From the NCBI RefSeq assembly GCF_001194135.2, contig NC_068982.1, positions 130,328,321-130,392,320 of the forward strand: DNA of 64,000 bases, written 5' to 3'. Positions 12,612-26,527 of the stretch are shown here, one piece after another. Position numbers and translations under genes: made by a program. The stretch is from Octopus bimaculoides. Its lineage: Eukaryota. The notes under the pieces are model-generated. The model saw only the letters and a program-made list of their open reading frames with translations. It searched no databases and was not told the DNA's origin. Position 1 is the stretch's first letter. Every line of letters starts with the position of its first letter.

Positions 12612-12765
12612 TATGTGTGTGTGTCTGTATTTGTCCCCCTACCATCGCTTGACCCTTGTAATTTAGCGGTTCGGCAAAAGAAACCGATAAAATAACTACT
12701 AGGCCTACAAAGAACAAGTTCTGGGGGTCAAATGACTGAAACAAGTAAAAGAATAAAAGAATATC
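12512..12765 (+). mobile_element. tRNA-derived SINE, family D, 5'-truncated
   Basis: accaaagccttgtgagtggatttggtagacggaaactgaaagaagcccgtcg...ttagcggttcggcaaaag, shared with the copies at 26146, 28098 and 51088. Confidence 0.85.
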
Positions 12766-13287
12766 CATACGAATAACATGGTTTGGTCGTATACGCACGT
12801 GGTTGAAGTGAATGAATTAGATTTAGCTTGTATATAAATGTGAACATTTGTATATACGTTTGTGGATACGTGTTATTCGTATGGGTATGTATAAATGTTT
12901 ATAATTATGTACAATGTGTCATACTATACTGATGACAGTAAAGAGATTTACATCTCTAAACTAGAAATCGAGCTATAGTTTTAAAAATCTTTTTATTCAC
13001 TTCCCTCTCTTTCAACCTGTGCCAATGAGGTAAATAGTGTAGTTCTTAGAGCCATTTGGCGTCTGTTCCTAGCATGTGGCGCTATTCATTAGTGCCTTTA
13101 TTATAATTATATTTATATAATTATATATTTTGTATTAATTGTTACCTATATGCTGGCTACTTGATAAAATCATATAAATTTCATACTTGATTATATATNN
13201 NNNNNNNNNNNNNNNNNNNNNNNNNNNNNNNNNNNNNNNNNNNNNNNNNNNNNNNNNNNNNNNNNNNNNNNNNNNNNNNNNNNNNNN

Positions 13288-13364
<77 letters not shown>

Positions 13365-13763
13365 TTGTACATACACACACGCACACACATACATTACAGT
13401 AAGGTGAAAGTTAAAACACTGAAATTGAGTTGAACAAGTAAGTACCAGTTAACAAGGAAAAGGCTGATGTGTTACGCCCTATAACTGGCAACATTATGTC
13501 CATGCACAAAGTCCTTAATTTACAAACATCAGAGTCTATTTCACTGAAAGTAGACACCGTAGTGTGGTTAAATTTAATCTCATAGGCAATGATAATGATT
13601 TACATTAACTGAACTAATTGGGTCCTTGTTGAGTTTTATTCAATTATCTCGATGTTAAAGCTACTTGTGAAGGGAAAAAAAGGATATATATGTACACTAG
13701 CGTTTCTCGTAATTTCTGACACACATACACACACAAAGGCACGCAAACACACACACACACACG

Positions 13764-13835
<72 letters not shown>

Positions 13836-14138
13836 ATATTACAATAGTCACAAGTTTATATAATTCGCTTCTACGTACGTTTCAACCTTGTGATTGCTTG
13901 GAACTCTGCAATTGGATGCTAACCACAACAGATCATCAGGGAATTTTCTTATTGCGTTATGTTACATAGCACCAAAGCAAAACAATCAATCACATCAATT
14001 AATAAGAGTGTTTAACGGAGTTCGTGAACTGTAAGTACTATCTATGTACCTCTACAGATCACAACTACTTTCAAGATAAACTAACGATTGAATTTATAAA
14101 AAGGGGGCTTAAAAGATGTTGAAGAATCTTGTACTTAC

Positions 14139-14204
14139 ATAAGGATATTTGGTTGGCACTATTATTTCATCACGTCCGCTTCCTGAGCCACTGCCATAAT
14201 CGGA
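14139..14204 (-). CDS. COL18A1: Multiplexin exon: Ser-Gly GAG-attachment linker (SDYGSGSGSGRDEIIVPTKYPY)
   Basis: ttttccatttctttag|TCC ... TAT|gtaagt, 66 nt, phase 0/0. Three SG repeats with acidic flanks sit where multiplexins carry GAG sites after the TSPN domain. Confidence 0.87.
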
Positions 14205-14469
14205 CTAAAGAAATGGAAAAGAAAAATGTTAAGGGAAATTGTAAACCTTCTGACATATATTAAAAAACTCCAACAATTTATCTCATCACATTTTATGACG
14301 AGAAACTGAGATGACAAAGGCAAAGAAATTACATAACAAATAAATATAGAAAATAAGAAAATATGAATTCCAAATGCAAAGTACAGAATACACCCGGTGC
14401 AATAACCACCATGCCTTAGGAGAAGAATCATGTTATATATATATAAAATGAAAGAAATTAGAATTTTAG

Positions 14470-14502
<33 letters not shown>

Positions 14503-14582
14503 AACACATATATATACATATATACATATATATAATATATATAATTTTACATCTATATACAAATACCACCCCCTCCCCACAT

Positions 14583-14853
14583 ACAAGGTAAAGACCTCCT
14601 TCGGTCATAAATGACCAAGGTATTGCACCTAGAAAGTTACCCTCCAAGGCACACGTCCACGCAAGGTTGTTTATGGAAGAGCTGCCTTCCCTCTCCACGC
14701 CACCGATGTTACTCAAGAGAAAAGAAAATGACCGATACAGCTTGGCACCAATGACGTCGCTACTCATTTCTACAGCTGAGTGAACTGGGGCAGCGTGAAA
14801 TAAAGCGTTTAGCTCAAGAACACAACACAAAGCCCGGTGCGGAATCGAACTCG
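14583..14853 (-). mobile_element. tRNA-derived SINE, left arm of an inverted pair
   Basis: The reverse complement begins gagttcgattccgcaccggg (B box), then ttgtgttcttgagctaaacgctttatttcacgctgccccagttcactcagctgtagaaatgag. Confidence 0.8.
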
Positions 14854-14879
14854 AGCAAACAATTTATTTCAAGTTGCTT

Positions 14880-15091
14880 CAGTTCACTCAGCTGTAGAAA
14901 TGAGTTGTGACATCACAGGTGCCAAGCTGTATCGGCCTTTGTCTTTCCCTTGCCTTTCCCATCGGTGGCGTGGATAGGGGAGGCTGGTATGAATGGGCGA
15001 CCGCAGATCTATAAACAACCTTGCTCGGACTTGTGCCGGGAAACTTTCTAGGTGCATTCTCATGGTCGCTCATGACCAAAAGGGTCTTTAC
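14880..15091 (+). mobile_element. Same SINE family, right arm of the inverted pair
   Basis: cagttcactcagctgtagaaatgagttgtgacatcacaggtgccaagctgtatcgg...aaacaaccttgc...tttctaggtgca...gtctttacc aligns with the reverse complement of 14583-14790. Confidence 0.8.
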
Positions 15092-16029
15092 CCTTTGTCT
15101 GTATGTATCTATATCTATATATATATATACACACACACACAAACACACACGCATATATATATGTATGCTTGTATGTATGTAAGCATGTAATTTTGAGAAA
15201 TTATAAATTTGTTTCATTTCTCAATGAATAGTTCAGTGCATACTAAGAATACTCATTGTCTGATTGCTAATATGCTTTGAACAAAAATGATAAAGAGAAA
15301 GGAAAGAAGTGGGAAAGAATGATAATGAAAGAATGGTAGTCTTAAAATTTCGAATAAATTTCGAAAGCCTGCCAGATGAATTGCATATTTAGACAGAAAT
15401 TATTGTGTGAAGATAAGCTATGTGGTAGGATTTAAAGAAAAAGAGCAAATTTTAAATACAGAGCTGTTACATTCCGTATTTGGATACAAGCTAAACATGC
15501 TTTTTGTCTTGAATTTAAAGACAAACACTATTTTGAGTTTAAAGATTAAAGAATTAATTGTTGTTGAAATATTTTTGAAATTTACGTATATCTAAGTTAA
15601 ATCTATGTGTAAATGTTTGATATCAAGAAAAATAAAGACTTTTTTGATAGCACAAAACGGAAGTTAATTATAAGTTATGCAATTTAGTATAATTAAATGA
15701 AATTATTGCATTGTGAAATTGTGAAGTGAAACCCTATCACATTGAGTAAGTGAGACTAAAAAAAATATAGAAGAACTGATTAAATAGATGGTGTCAGCTA
15801 CTGGGGAATTGGAACGAAGTTAGATTAAAATAATCAAAATAATGTTAATCATTTAACAAAGGCTAAACAAGTCTGTATATACCTTAAACATAGCAAGTGA
15901 TGATAGCTAACTATTTTGAATAGAGTGAATATATATATATTTCATTTTCAAAATTCAATTCAAAAGTCAGACTCTAATTTTTATGATCGCCAGTTTTCAG
16001 ACCGATGACATTTCTGGTGCAGGAGGTAA

Positions 16030-17126
16030 GAATAATGCGAAGCGATAAAATCGCAAACACCGAGAAACATTTTTTTCTATATTTGTGAACATTCTCATTC
16101 AGCGACTACTCTCAATTCGTCAACTGTTATTGGTTTCGTACCATAAACTTTCTCTTTTAAGTATCCCCATAAAAAAATCGTAGGGGTGTGAGGTCGAATG
16201 AACGTGGAGATTATTCTACGAACTTCTTTTTCCAATCCACCTGTTTGGCAAAGTTTCAAAGTAGGCCCTTATGTTACTATCGTAGTGTGGGAGTGCCCCA
16301 TCTTGCTGAAAATAAACTGTATATCTTCAAAGTTCTCTGAGTGCTTCGCATGACAGATTGTCACAGCAAGTTCAAATGAATGAGATATGCCTTAATACCA
16401 TAAAAAAAACAAAAACAAAAAAACAGAATAGTCCATTTAACCCTTTTAATAATAAGCTGCACCATACTGTAACTCTTGGTAAATTAACATGATGTCCGCC
16501 TGTCATATGCATATTCTTAGGTCTCCACTATCTGAAAATGTAGCGGTTGGCTAAGCCATGTAATTTAAATGTAGCCTCTTCACACCAAACAATCTTTGTT
16601 GGAAAGTGGGCGTCTTTTATATATCACACCAAGTACCACTTGCAGAACTCCATTCATCGGTCCGGAGCATCATCAAGAACATGGACTGTTCTTGGAATGC
16701 AACTTTCCCAATAATATTGCTTCAAAATGCGATGGACGCTTGATTTTGAAACTTCTATATCATCATTCACTTGCTGCACAAGTTTTTTTTGAGCTCTGGC
16801 AAAATACATTTCCAGTACTCTTTCTTGCTTTGTGGGGTTCGTCGATGTCCGCACTCTTTCAGAACGTTTCACGTATACATTCTGATTAGTTCCGCCTGCT
16901 TAAAACTAATCTCAAACACAAGTTATGGTAAATAGCGTGATTATGCTTGAAATTCTCTCCTAATGTAATTTTGCTCTTCGACTGCGTTCTCAGTAGCACT
17001 TTGGAATAAATTTCCTTCGTTCAAGACTTTATTATTTCTAACGGATTAGATCTAAAAAGAAATAAAAATCGAGTTAACAGCTGTTAATGTGTGGCGTGTA
17101 TATAGTTTTTTGCGATACGCTGTATA
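16030..17126 (-). mobile_element. Tc1/mariner-superfamily transposase relic
   Basis: KRSERVRTSTNPTKQERVLEM...SKSSVHRILKQYYWESCIPRTVHVLDDAPDR is an HTH region followed by the 'DxxRR'-like motif. A degenerate RWIG(K)R...(P)DL(T)P.DFF.G.LK C-terminal motif lies near 16150-16250. A TATACAG-type end is at about 17126. Many stops. Confidence 0.8.
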
Positions 17127-20100
17127 GTTCAACAATATTGCAACGTAATCTAGATAAAGAAATTTACTTAATCTTCGAATGAGAAGATGAAAGATGGGTA
17201 CTTGGGAACTATATTGATTTGAAAAATAAGAGAGAAAACTTAAAATAACTTTGAAGGGCTGACGGAAAGAAAAATAACTGATGCAGTCGTATTATAAATA
17301 ATAATGAATATGTAAAAGCACAAGAACATCATAAATGAATTTACGAGTAAGATGGTATGTCATTTGACTTTGACGTAAACGAACGCATCGAAATATAGAC
17401 ACATTTATATATATACGCATATACATACATGCGCCTACACAATAAATACATAAACGTTTAAACATGCATATACACACACACACTTCTAGATTTATACGTA
17501 TAATCTGCATGCATGTGCTTGATATTTGTCCGCATATATACATATATATATATGTATATACCAGCAAGTATAAAAGTATACATTCCAGTTCGCCTACATG
17601 CTATTGCATGCATTTTATACACACAAGTGCATTTTGAGATAAATTCCCAGAAATCAGCGACGTATGTACATGTATGTGCGTGTGTGTATGCATGTGCATT
17701 TACAAATATATAAAGTAGGTGTACACGAAGTATGACCATTGCTAGAAATAGCTGCCAGTAAGTTTACGGCGCTTTGTTATTTTAATAGTGTATATATATA
17801 TATATATATATNNNNNNNNNNNNNNNNNNNNNNNNNNNNNNNNNNNNNNNNNNNNNNNNNNNNNNNNNNNNNNNNNNNNNNNNNNNNNNNNNNNNNNNNN
17901 NNNNNNNNNNNNNNNNNNNNNNNNNNNNNNNNNNNNNNNNNNNNNNNNNNNNNNNNNNNNNNNNNNNNNNNNNNNNNNNNNNNNNNNNNNNNNNNNNNNN
18001 NNNNNNNNNNNNNNNNNNNNNNNNNNNNNNNNNNNNNNNNNNNNNNNNNNNNNNNNNNNNNNATATATATATATATATACCTATATATGTGTTTATGTTG
18101 CATGTGCACGCGTGTAAATGTATGTGCATTTGGGTGCATGTATGTCTGTATATATAGATGTGTACGTATATATATATATAATATATACACATGTTAAAAC
18201 TCGCATATATATGCCTGTTTACATAAGATATGTATGTGTGTGTGTGTGTGTGTGTGTGCGCGTGTCCATGTACAAACATATTTACACAAAGACATAGGTG
18301 TAACGGTAACAACATATGTATATACATGCATTTACACGTATACATTTACTAAGATACATATAAAAACATGCCTCTGAATGCATATCCCCGCATATTTGTT
18401 CCGTATGCACGTCATGTCTGAAAGATATACATTTTTGCACGCACATTTTCAGGTATTCATATTTATATACAAATATGTACATCTGACCATGCCTACATAA
18501 ACAAACACAATTATATGTATACATATACATAAATGCATAAATACAGATACATATAGACAGCATTTTAACCAGGTTAGATTGTTTGTGGATATAATTAAAA
18601 TTTCATCAGATTTGTGAAATGCACAGTGCAGATTTTGTCACATTGAGAGAGAAAAATGACTGTTGTGTGGTTAGACTGTACGGTTTCTTATAACCCTAAA
18701 TTTTTGACCTATTGATAACATATTTTAAAACATTTTATTAATTTACTTGGGGTTAAACTAGTAGAGGCACAAAAAGTCATCACTCCTGTATAATCCACCT
18801 TTTTTGATGGCGTGGGGCGAGACCTACTTTTCACTTGCAAAAGTAATGATAAATTTAGGAGATCACAAGTTTCTGCAGAATCATTTGCTCTGTAGCCAAA
18901 GTGAATTAGGTTATTAGAGTGTATCTCAATTTAGATAGAATAGTCATAATTTACAATAACTTTACGTATAAAATAATGCTTCATAATCTCTAAAATTTGT
19001 AAATGATATAACGAAGTTGAGGACAATAAATTCAGTAATACATTCGTAATAATGTTTAATATCTAAATGTAGTGTTTGTTACGGAGAAATTTCATCCGTA
19101 AGGGGGATTGTCCTTTAAGTTCAGGCACAATCTTGTATATATTTAGAAATTTCTCATATGTCAGGTTTATCTGTTGGCCTTCGTTATTGAATTCATTAAG
19201 AAAATTGAAATTAATTTTCTTACAAATTTTGTTAGAGAAAATACGACTCTGTTTTAAGAATCTGTTTGGTATAGATCATGTCGTCTGAATGAACGTAGAT
19301 ACCTTTTGAATATTTAATTTGGCGTATTTTGGAATTAAGTTTCACTTGGTAGTCATTTATCACTTTTCTGTAATTCTGTGTTAACACCATTAAAGCACCA
19401 TTAGTCTTTAAAAGAAACACAATCTAAATCCCATAAATCTTTAACAGAAACATCTGTAACATTTCTTACTCCACAGCAAACTTTGTTTCAGTAAAACTAC
19501 TTTAAACCACTGAAATAAACAAACACCCATTTAACTACCAATAATTTCCATTCTACCATTTCTAAGTTTTCTGCTTTAAATTCTAATTGCCTTGTTAGGA
19601 ATATTGTTTATCAATGTACCATACATGCCAACATCATTCCTAAATTACGGTAGTGTCTCTCCACAAATACTTTTAAATGCCACTGCATTTAACATGCGTA
19701 GTCACACCAAACCCCACTCCATAAAGATGAGCCGTCACTTTCCTACTAGATAAATGAAGTGAAGATTAAGAATAAACATTATAACCTCACGTTTAACATT
19801 TTATCCTAAAGCAAAATAATACTCCACAAAAAAAAAAAAAAAAAAAAAAAAATGGCCCTATAGCCTTTTCGAAACTAAATATCTATAAAATCAGATTACC
19901 ATCAACAAAGATTCTGGGAGAACTTCTAACATTAAACTTTTAAGCGTTGAACACTTTACACACCTTAATTGTTAAAATAATCAAGTAAAATCTCTAATCT
20001 TGTACGTAATTGATTTAAACCATAGCTGCACGGAACCCTGCCTCTTAATATATACGTATACAAAATTTCACATTGCTAGCATCTTTTACTAACGTTTGGC

Positions 20101-20629
20101 ACGCTTTTTGTTAATCATTTGCGTACACAAATCGTATTTCTTTGTAGTACGACTTTGTAACCTTGTTAACATATAATGCAAAGAGCTTAACAAGCGCGCA
20201 TGATAACACAGATACACACATGCTCTCACACCATTTTTCCACATGTTATATTTAGTCTTATATAGATAGATTTGCCCAACTGACTATTTCATTTTTTTAC
20301 TGTCTAATTGCAACTGCTTTTGCCATAAATTGAATTTGAACTGAATTTTGTCTATAAATTAGAATTTTTATTAATTTGAATTTCTTAATTGGGAATCTTT
20401 TTCACATCTATTCATATATATTTATATCTGTGCTTATATATGCATTTAAAAAATATTATCACTCGTTCTAGTTATATGTCATACTACTACATGCAAATGT
20501 CCATGCATTCGCACAATATATTAGTTGCCCTTCTTACTCGTAAAAAGATGTATGCACATGCAGTTACATCAAAGTCTTTGTAAACATAGATATGTAGATG
20601 TACATTCGAAGTGCAAAGGNNNNNNNNNN

Positions 20630-20672
<43 letters not shown>

Positions 20673-21152
20673 TGCATCTGTAATTACATGTGTATTCGTA
20701 CATGTATGCTTAGTGCGTGTGTGCATGTATTATGTGTTGTAGCTATATAAGGCATTAATGCCTACATGAATACTGCTCGACCAATGAGCATTGACCGACT
20801 TATTATGGTTGATTCGAAGAACTCTAAAGAAATGCACGATTTTTCCTGCTGAATAGCTTGATCAAAGTTTCTGGAAAATTTCGTTTACGGTTAAAAGAAT
20901 GGTGGTAAATTCCTAACCATTGTATTCATTGTTTTATGAACGTTATTCCCTTAAATAAACTATAAGTACACTCGTAAGTATAAACGACATGGATTAAAAA
21001 GATATACGAAAACTCAAATAAATATTGGTCATTTCATTATATATTTATATACATATGTATGTGTGTGCGTATGTGTGTGTGTGTATACATGCATACATAC
21101 ATACATACACATATATATATTCGTATATACATCCATATATATATGTATATAT

Positions 21153-21189
<37 letters not shown>

Positions 21190-21240
21190 GTATATATATA
21201 CACACATGTATATATATACATACAGACATATGTACGCACG

Positions 21241-21274
<34 letters not shown>

Positions 21275-21429
21275 TGCAAATACTTATACTTAGATAAGTT
21301 TCAACCAGAATTTGCCCAGGTCATGTCTAACGCAATCGCACCATCTGAAAAGACATTTAATGATGTTTCATATTGCAGTCACTCTGTGGTCATCATAGCC
21401 TATTTGAGTAATGAGTCATTGTTCGCAGA

Positions 21430-22400
21430 GATATATCCGGGCGTAGTTTGGTTATCTGAAAATTGTTGGAAATATTTGTCCGAGACTCGTTTGCACGTCA
21501 TCAGATAATTTTCTTCTCTTATGTGTCTTGATATGGTGTTAAAGAGAGCAGGACCAGTTCAAGTGAAATAGTTCTGTCTTTAGTAGTGTGATGTAACGTG
21601 AACACGACTTTTGCAGAGGACAGATGACATAAGGACGAAGCCCAGGATGAATTTTAAAGTTGATGCCAACATCATTTGATCAGTGCTGTGGGAATGTTTT
21701 TCCACATCATGTAAATGATATAGTGCTCACAGAGGCGTCGGAGGGAATAAAATTTGAGTTTCTTCGGACGATCTCAATAACCAGGACTTCTCATGTAATC
21801 TATTTTCCTTGTGGTCGATCTCCGGGATATTTGAATTTTTATAGTATTTTGTTTTGTGTAGGGAGACCGCAGCGGACAACAACATACAAGATGAGGGCGG
21901 GCGAAGGTGGAGAAGAGATGGAGGATTTACTCCGAGGTCCTTGTCATGTTTTACGTCATGAAATTTTCGCCCGAGGGAGAGTGTATGGTATCTTAAGTGT
22001 AACTTCTTTACCGAAGTGGATTAATTCAAATTTATTCTCGCTTAGCTGCTTATTGTGTTTTTCTGCACATCGGATAACGGTGAGCTGATCCGACTGAAGA
22101 TTAGTCAAGGACCTTCCGGAGCTTAGAGTCATCCGTGAAAATTCTAATGCTGCTGTGTTTGATGGCGTCAATGAATGTCATTGATGCAAATAATGAAAAG
22201 GAGTAGGCTTAATGTAGTGCTTTTGGGATTCCACTATTGACTCTTGCCGAGCTTGATAGAACAGTGTCTATGACCACATGCTAGGTTCTGTTCACCAGAA
22301 GACATCCAATGTTCGATAGTTTCTTTAATAGGATGTTGTGGTCAACATTATAGGCCTTGCTGAAGTACAGAGAGATGTCATCTGCATTGGAGCCTCTCTC
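21430..22400 (-). mobile_element. CR1/L2-clade LINE reverse-transcriptase relic
   Basis: YFSKAYNVDHNILLKKLSNIG (FSKAFD.VDH..LL.KL) near 22320-22380, and LQSDQLTVIRCAEKHNKQLSENKFELIHFG (LQ.DL..W...N.M..N..KF). Confidence 0.85.
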
Positions 22401-22472
22401 AGAGCCTTAGAATGTCATGCTATTGCGATATGTACATAAACTATGTGTGTGTGTGTGTGTTTGTGTGTGTAT

Positions 22473-22519
<47 letters not shown>

Positions 22520-25500
22520 GAGCTTCTACATTTACGTTTAGTTTAAATAGTATAAGAAAGTAAGCAGTTACTTACAAGTTCATATATTTTATCATTTTTA
22601 TTTTGGCACTTGTATATATTCTTTATTTACAGATTCTACTCTATTTTTAATTGGGACTTCAACTACTATATTTGTTTTTCTTTTCTTGATTTTTAAATTA
22701 CATTTTCCAAGTATGTATGTTTCATATTCTCCTAACTCAGAGAAACTTGACTTCCGGTATTTCTAATGCATTTTAATATTGTTAAATTAACGCAAATATC
22801 TACATATTTACCTAACCTTATTTACTCTCGTCACAATAGAGAACGCGATTAGCTATTCTTATTTCATATGTTTAAGATTCAGACACCTTGAGAATTTCAT
22901 CGACTTCTAGAGTCCTCAGATCTTAGTATATTTAGATTTTATCTTACAATTTTATAAAGCCACCACTACTAACTTGTATAACCTACAATTTCACTTATAT
23001 TATTCACCGTCGAAAGTACTTCGGCTCTCCTCCATACTTAGTCTCGTGAAAAGAGATCAAGTACGGAACAGTAGAATTAAAATACATATTTGTAACTTTC
23101 AAAAAACATTTCAGCATTAGCTACTTCCTTTCTTTTTAAATCGAAGACAGAAAACATCTTTACTTTTATCAAAATAAGGACTTTAACAGCTCTACATCCG
23201 AAATTTACTTACTTTTTTCACAGCATGATCAAATTTTGCCTTCTCATTGTCAAACTTTATTTAAATACAGAGTTCAAAAGATTTTTACTCATTTTAATCA
23301 GAAAGCATGTTTGCCTTCAATGAAAATAGCTAATTTAACAGTTCTGTTTTCAAAATATATTCAGCCCATATTCGGTCTATACAGTCAGATATAATTTAAG
23401 TATGAAATTCAAATGCCATATTTTTCAGTATTTTCTACCCTTTTATGACTACTACTCTCACTATCTCCCTATTTCAATTTTCTTTTCTTTCTTTTTTTTT
23501 TTATTTAACTTTGTCTTCCTTCTGTAAAACTTATACGAACACTTGAACAAAAAAGTTTTCTTTGTCAGTTGTGAATGAAACACAGACGCATATACATTTG
23601 ATAAGTATGTGTGCGTGTGTGTGATATGTAAACATACAGGTGTATTTATATATGCATAAACATGCATGTATGTATACAAAGATGTACACACACACATACA
23701 CACACATACACACACTCACACAAATACACACATGTTTGCATACATGTATGCATACATGTACAAATATGTATGTACATATACATGCATATATATACTCATA
23801 CACATACACAGATATACATTTATAGATATATAATTACATACTATTTTATATCGTATTTCCATGTTAGTGAGTGTATATGATTGCATGTGCATGTACTTAT
23901 CAAAGTGGGTACGTGTGTTTAAGTGCATGTGTGAATACTGGAAAAAATATGGAATTAAAAAAATTATTAGCAACATCATGAAAATAGTGCTGTCATAACG
24001 GATGCTTACTGAAAACTGCAAGTGTCTGAGACTGCTGTAAAGAAAACATGAAGTGGAGATAGTGGTGATGGTGGTGCCAAGTGTTAGTTTTGAAAAGTGA
24101 AGTGTTAGTGTTAATGAAAGAGAATTTAAGTCACACACACAGTTGCGATTGCTCGACTACACGAATTCTATGTGGAAGTATCATGCTGGACGTAGTGTAA
24201 CGATTAAGTGTGCTGTAGATGTAAAGGAAAAGAAGGAAGAATGATTTCTTAGGTTAATGAGAATGATTTTTAGTTCTAAAAGCTGACACAGAATATGGTG
24301 CTGCAAACGAAAACAGAAAGAAACAACAAAATATTCACACATATGTACATTATACAGCAACAGAACAGAGAAAGAAAAAGTACATAAAAGCCAAAACAAA
24401 AACAGTGACAGTAGAAATGCTGTATGTGGAGTGAATATAAGAAAAGAAGAAAAGAAGAAAAGAAGTATGAAGAGAGTGGATGTGAGTTAAGGGATCAAAC
24501 ATAGTAAAGAAATTAAACCCAGGGAGAGAGTGAACTGTTATAGGGTATTTAGTTTAGGTAGCACCATGACAGAAGGGACAAACCCATAGCTCTGATGTCC
24601 GAAGATGAATAATTTTTGAAGACTGAGATTCAGAATGCCCTGCTTGTAGTGTTGCAGATCTTTGACGTGGAGAAAGTCGAAGTAAAGGGGTCTGTTGGAG
24701 GTAAGAAAAATAAAAGAAAACAAAAAAGAAAGAGAAAGTAGGAATTGCACGAAGGTAATTAAAAAGCAATGTAATGTTAGTAGTCGTGTGAGATGTTCCT
24801 GAAAAAAAGATGTAGAAAATTGTCATTTGGGTCTGAGAATGATAAAAAGTTTTGAAAATGTAACGATATGAAAATGAAAGAAAAAAAAGTGTTTAACCTA
24901 AATGAGATCCTGTATAGATTTATGACATAGAAGTCATTTTGCTTTTCAGAACTGAAATCTGGAAGAATAACACAAATATAAAGAAATTATAATTGATGCA
25001 TACCAGTCTTCTGCTGGCTGAGACAAGTTTTCGGAAATGTATGGACTCTCACAATCATTCAGGAGCATAGAAATTATTAACAAATTAGAAATATAACTTT
25101 TAATAGAAATTATAATTGATGCAAAGCGGTCTTCTGTCGATAACGACAAGTAGCGTTTCAGATATGTATGAAGCTCTCACAATCATTCAAATATTATGGA
25201 GATTATTAGCAAATTAAAAGTATAATCTGCAATAATTCACTTACTATTGAAACATTAAGAGATATTGTCGTATAATTATGGTTCTTTACTACTTTAAACT
25301 AGAAAAGTTCTGATCTGGGTAACATATTGAGACTCAAGAATGCAGTTTGTGCGAAATACCCATTTGTGGGAGTAGAGGTGAATTCAAAGCCGTTACATCA
25401 AATCTATTTTTCCGAGTATGGAACCATATTATATCTGCCTAAATTCATTCAGTAATGTAGAGTTTTATCCTGAAAGACATTTGCTTTTCGTCCAAGAAAC

Positions 25501-25538
25501 CATTGGGAGCAGAGATAAGTTGATTTGAAAATCTCATA

Positions 25539-25571
<33 letters not shown>

Positions 25572-26145
25572 GATCACTTTGACGCAGAACCTTTAAGATA
25601 AAAATAAGAACGATAACATTAAACCAATATACAATATACAAAAATATGATGTGTGTATTTGTGACTCAGTAAGTTTGTTAATAAAACCGTTTAATAACAT
25701 TATTCGTAATTATAATAAGTTACTTCCACTCTATTGTCTTATGAAAGAATACCTCTAAGGTGTGAAACTGACGTCTCTGTTCAAGAGAAGAACCTACCTG
25801 GTCATTAAGATATATGGTGGTTGTAACTTAATTATTCGGCCTGCATTTGTATATAAATAAAAATATATTCTTTAAACCGTATTTCTTTAATATTAAAACA
25901 ATAACCCAATGAATCATACATTATACAAAATATATATATTGCTAAACATTAGTAGATAAATAAGTATCAATGGTTACTTAGTAAAATGTAGCATGTGTCG
26001 AATTTTGATTTTAAACAATAAATGCTCTTCGAATCTATACTTAAAATCACTTTTGTAAAAATAGATAAGACACGTCGAGAGGAAACCAATGATGGTTCTT
26101 TTCTTTCTTGTAAACTAAGAAGAACTGAGTTTTAGAAAAAGAACC

Positions 26146-26527
26146 AACAGGCGTGGCTGTGGGTAAGAAGCTTGCTTCGCGACCACATGGTTCCGGTTTC
26201 AGTCACACCTTGGGAAAGTGTCTTCTCCTGTAGCTCTGGGTCCACCAAAGCCTTGTGAGTGGATGTCGTAGACGGAAACTGAAAATAGCCGGTCGTATAT
26301 ATCTATATCTGTATAAGTGTGTGTGTATTTGTCTCCCACTACTGCTTGATAACCGGTGTTGGTTTGCTTATGTCCTCGTAACTTAGCAGTTCGGCAAAAA
26401 TAGATCGACAGAATAAGTGCCGAACTTTAAAAAAGTACTGGTGTCTATTTGCTCGATTAAAACTTTCTAAGCGGTTTCACAGCATGGCTACAGTCTACTG
26501 ACTGAAACAAGTGAAAGATAAAAGATA
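26146..26527 (+). mobile_element. tRNA-derived SINE, family D
   Basis: Head gcgtggctgtgggtaagaagcttgct...ggttccggtttcagtc, family D body, and (aagat)n-type tail. Confidence 0.85.

Noticed and set aside
24538-24750. Strong pyrimidine tract followed by an ORF with vaguely LRR-like leucine spacing
   Set aside because: No recognisable domain, no matching donor, and both open frames end in stops.
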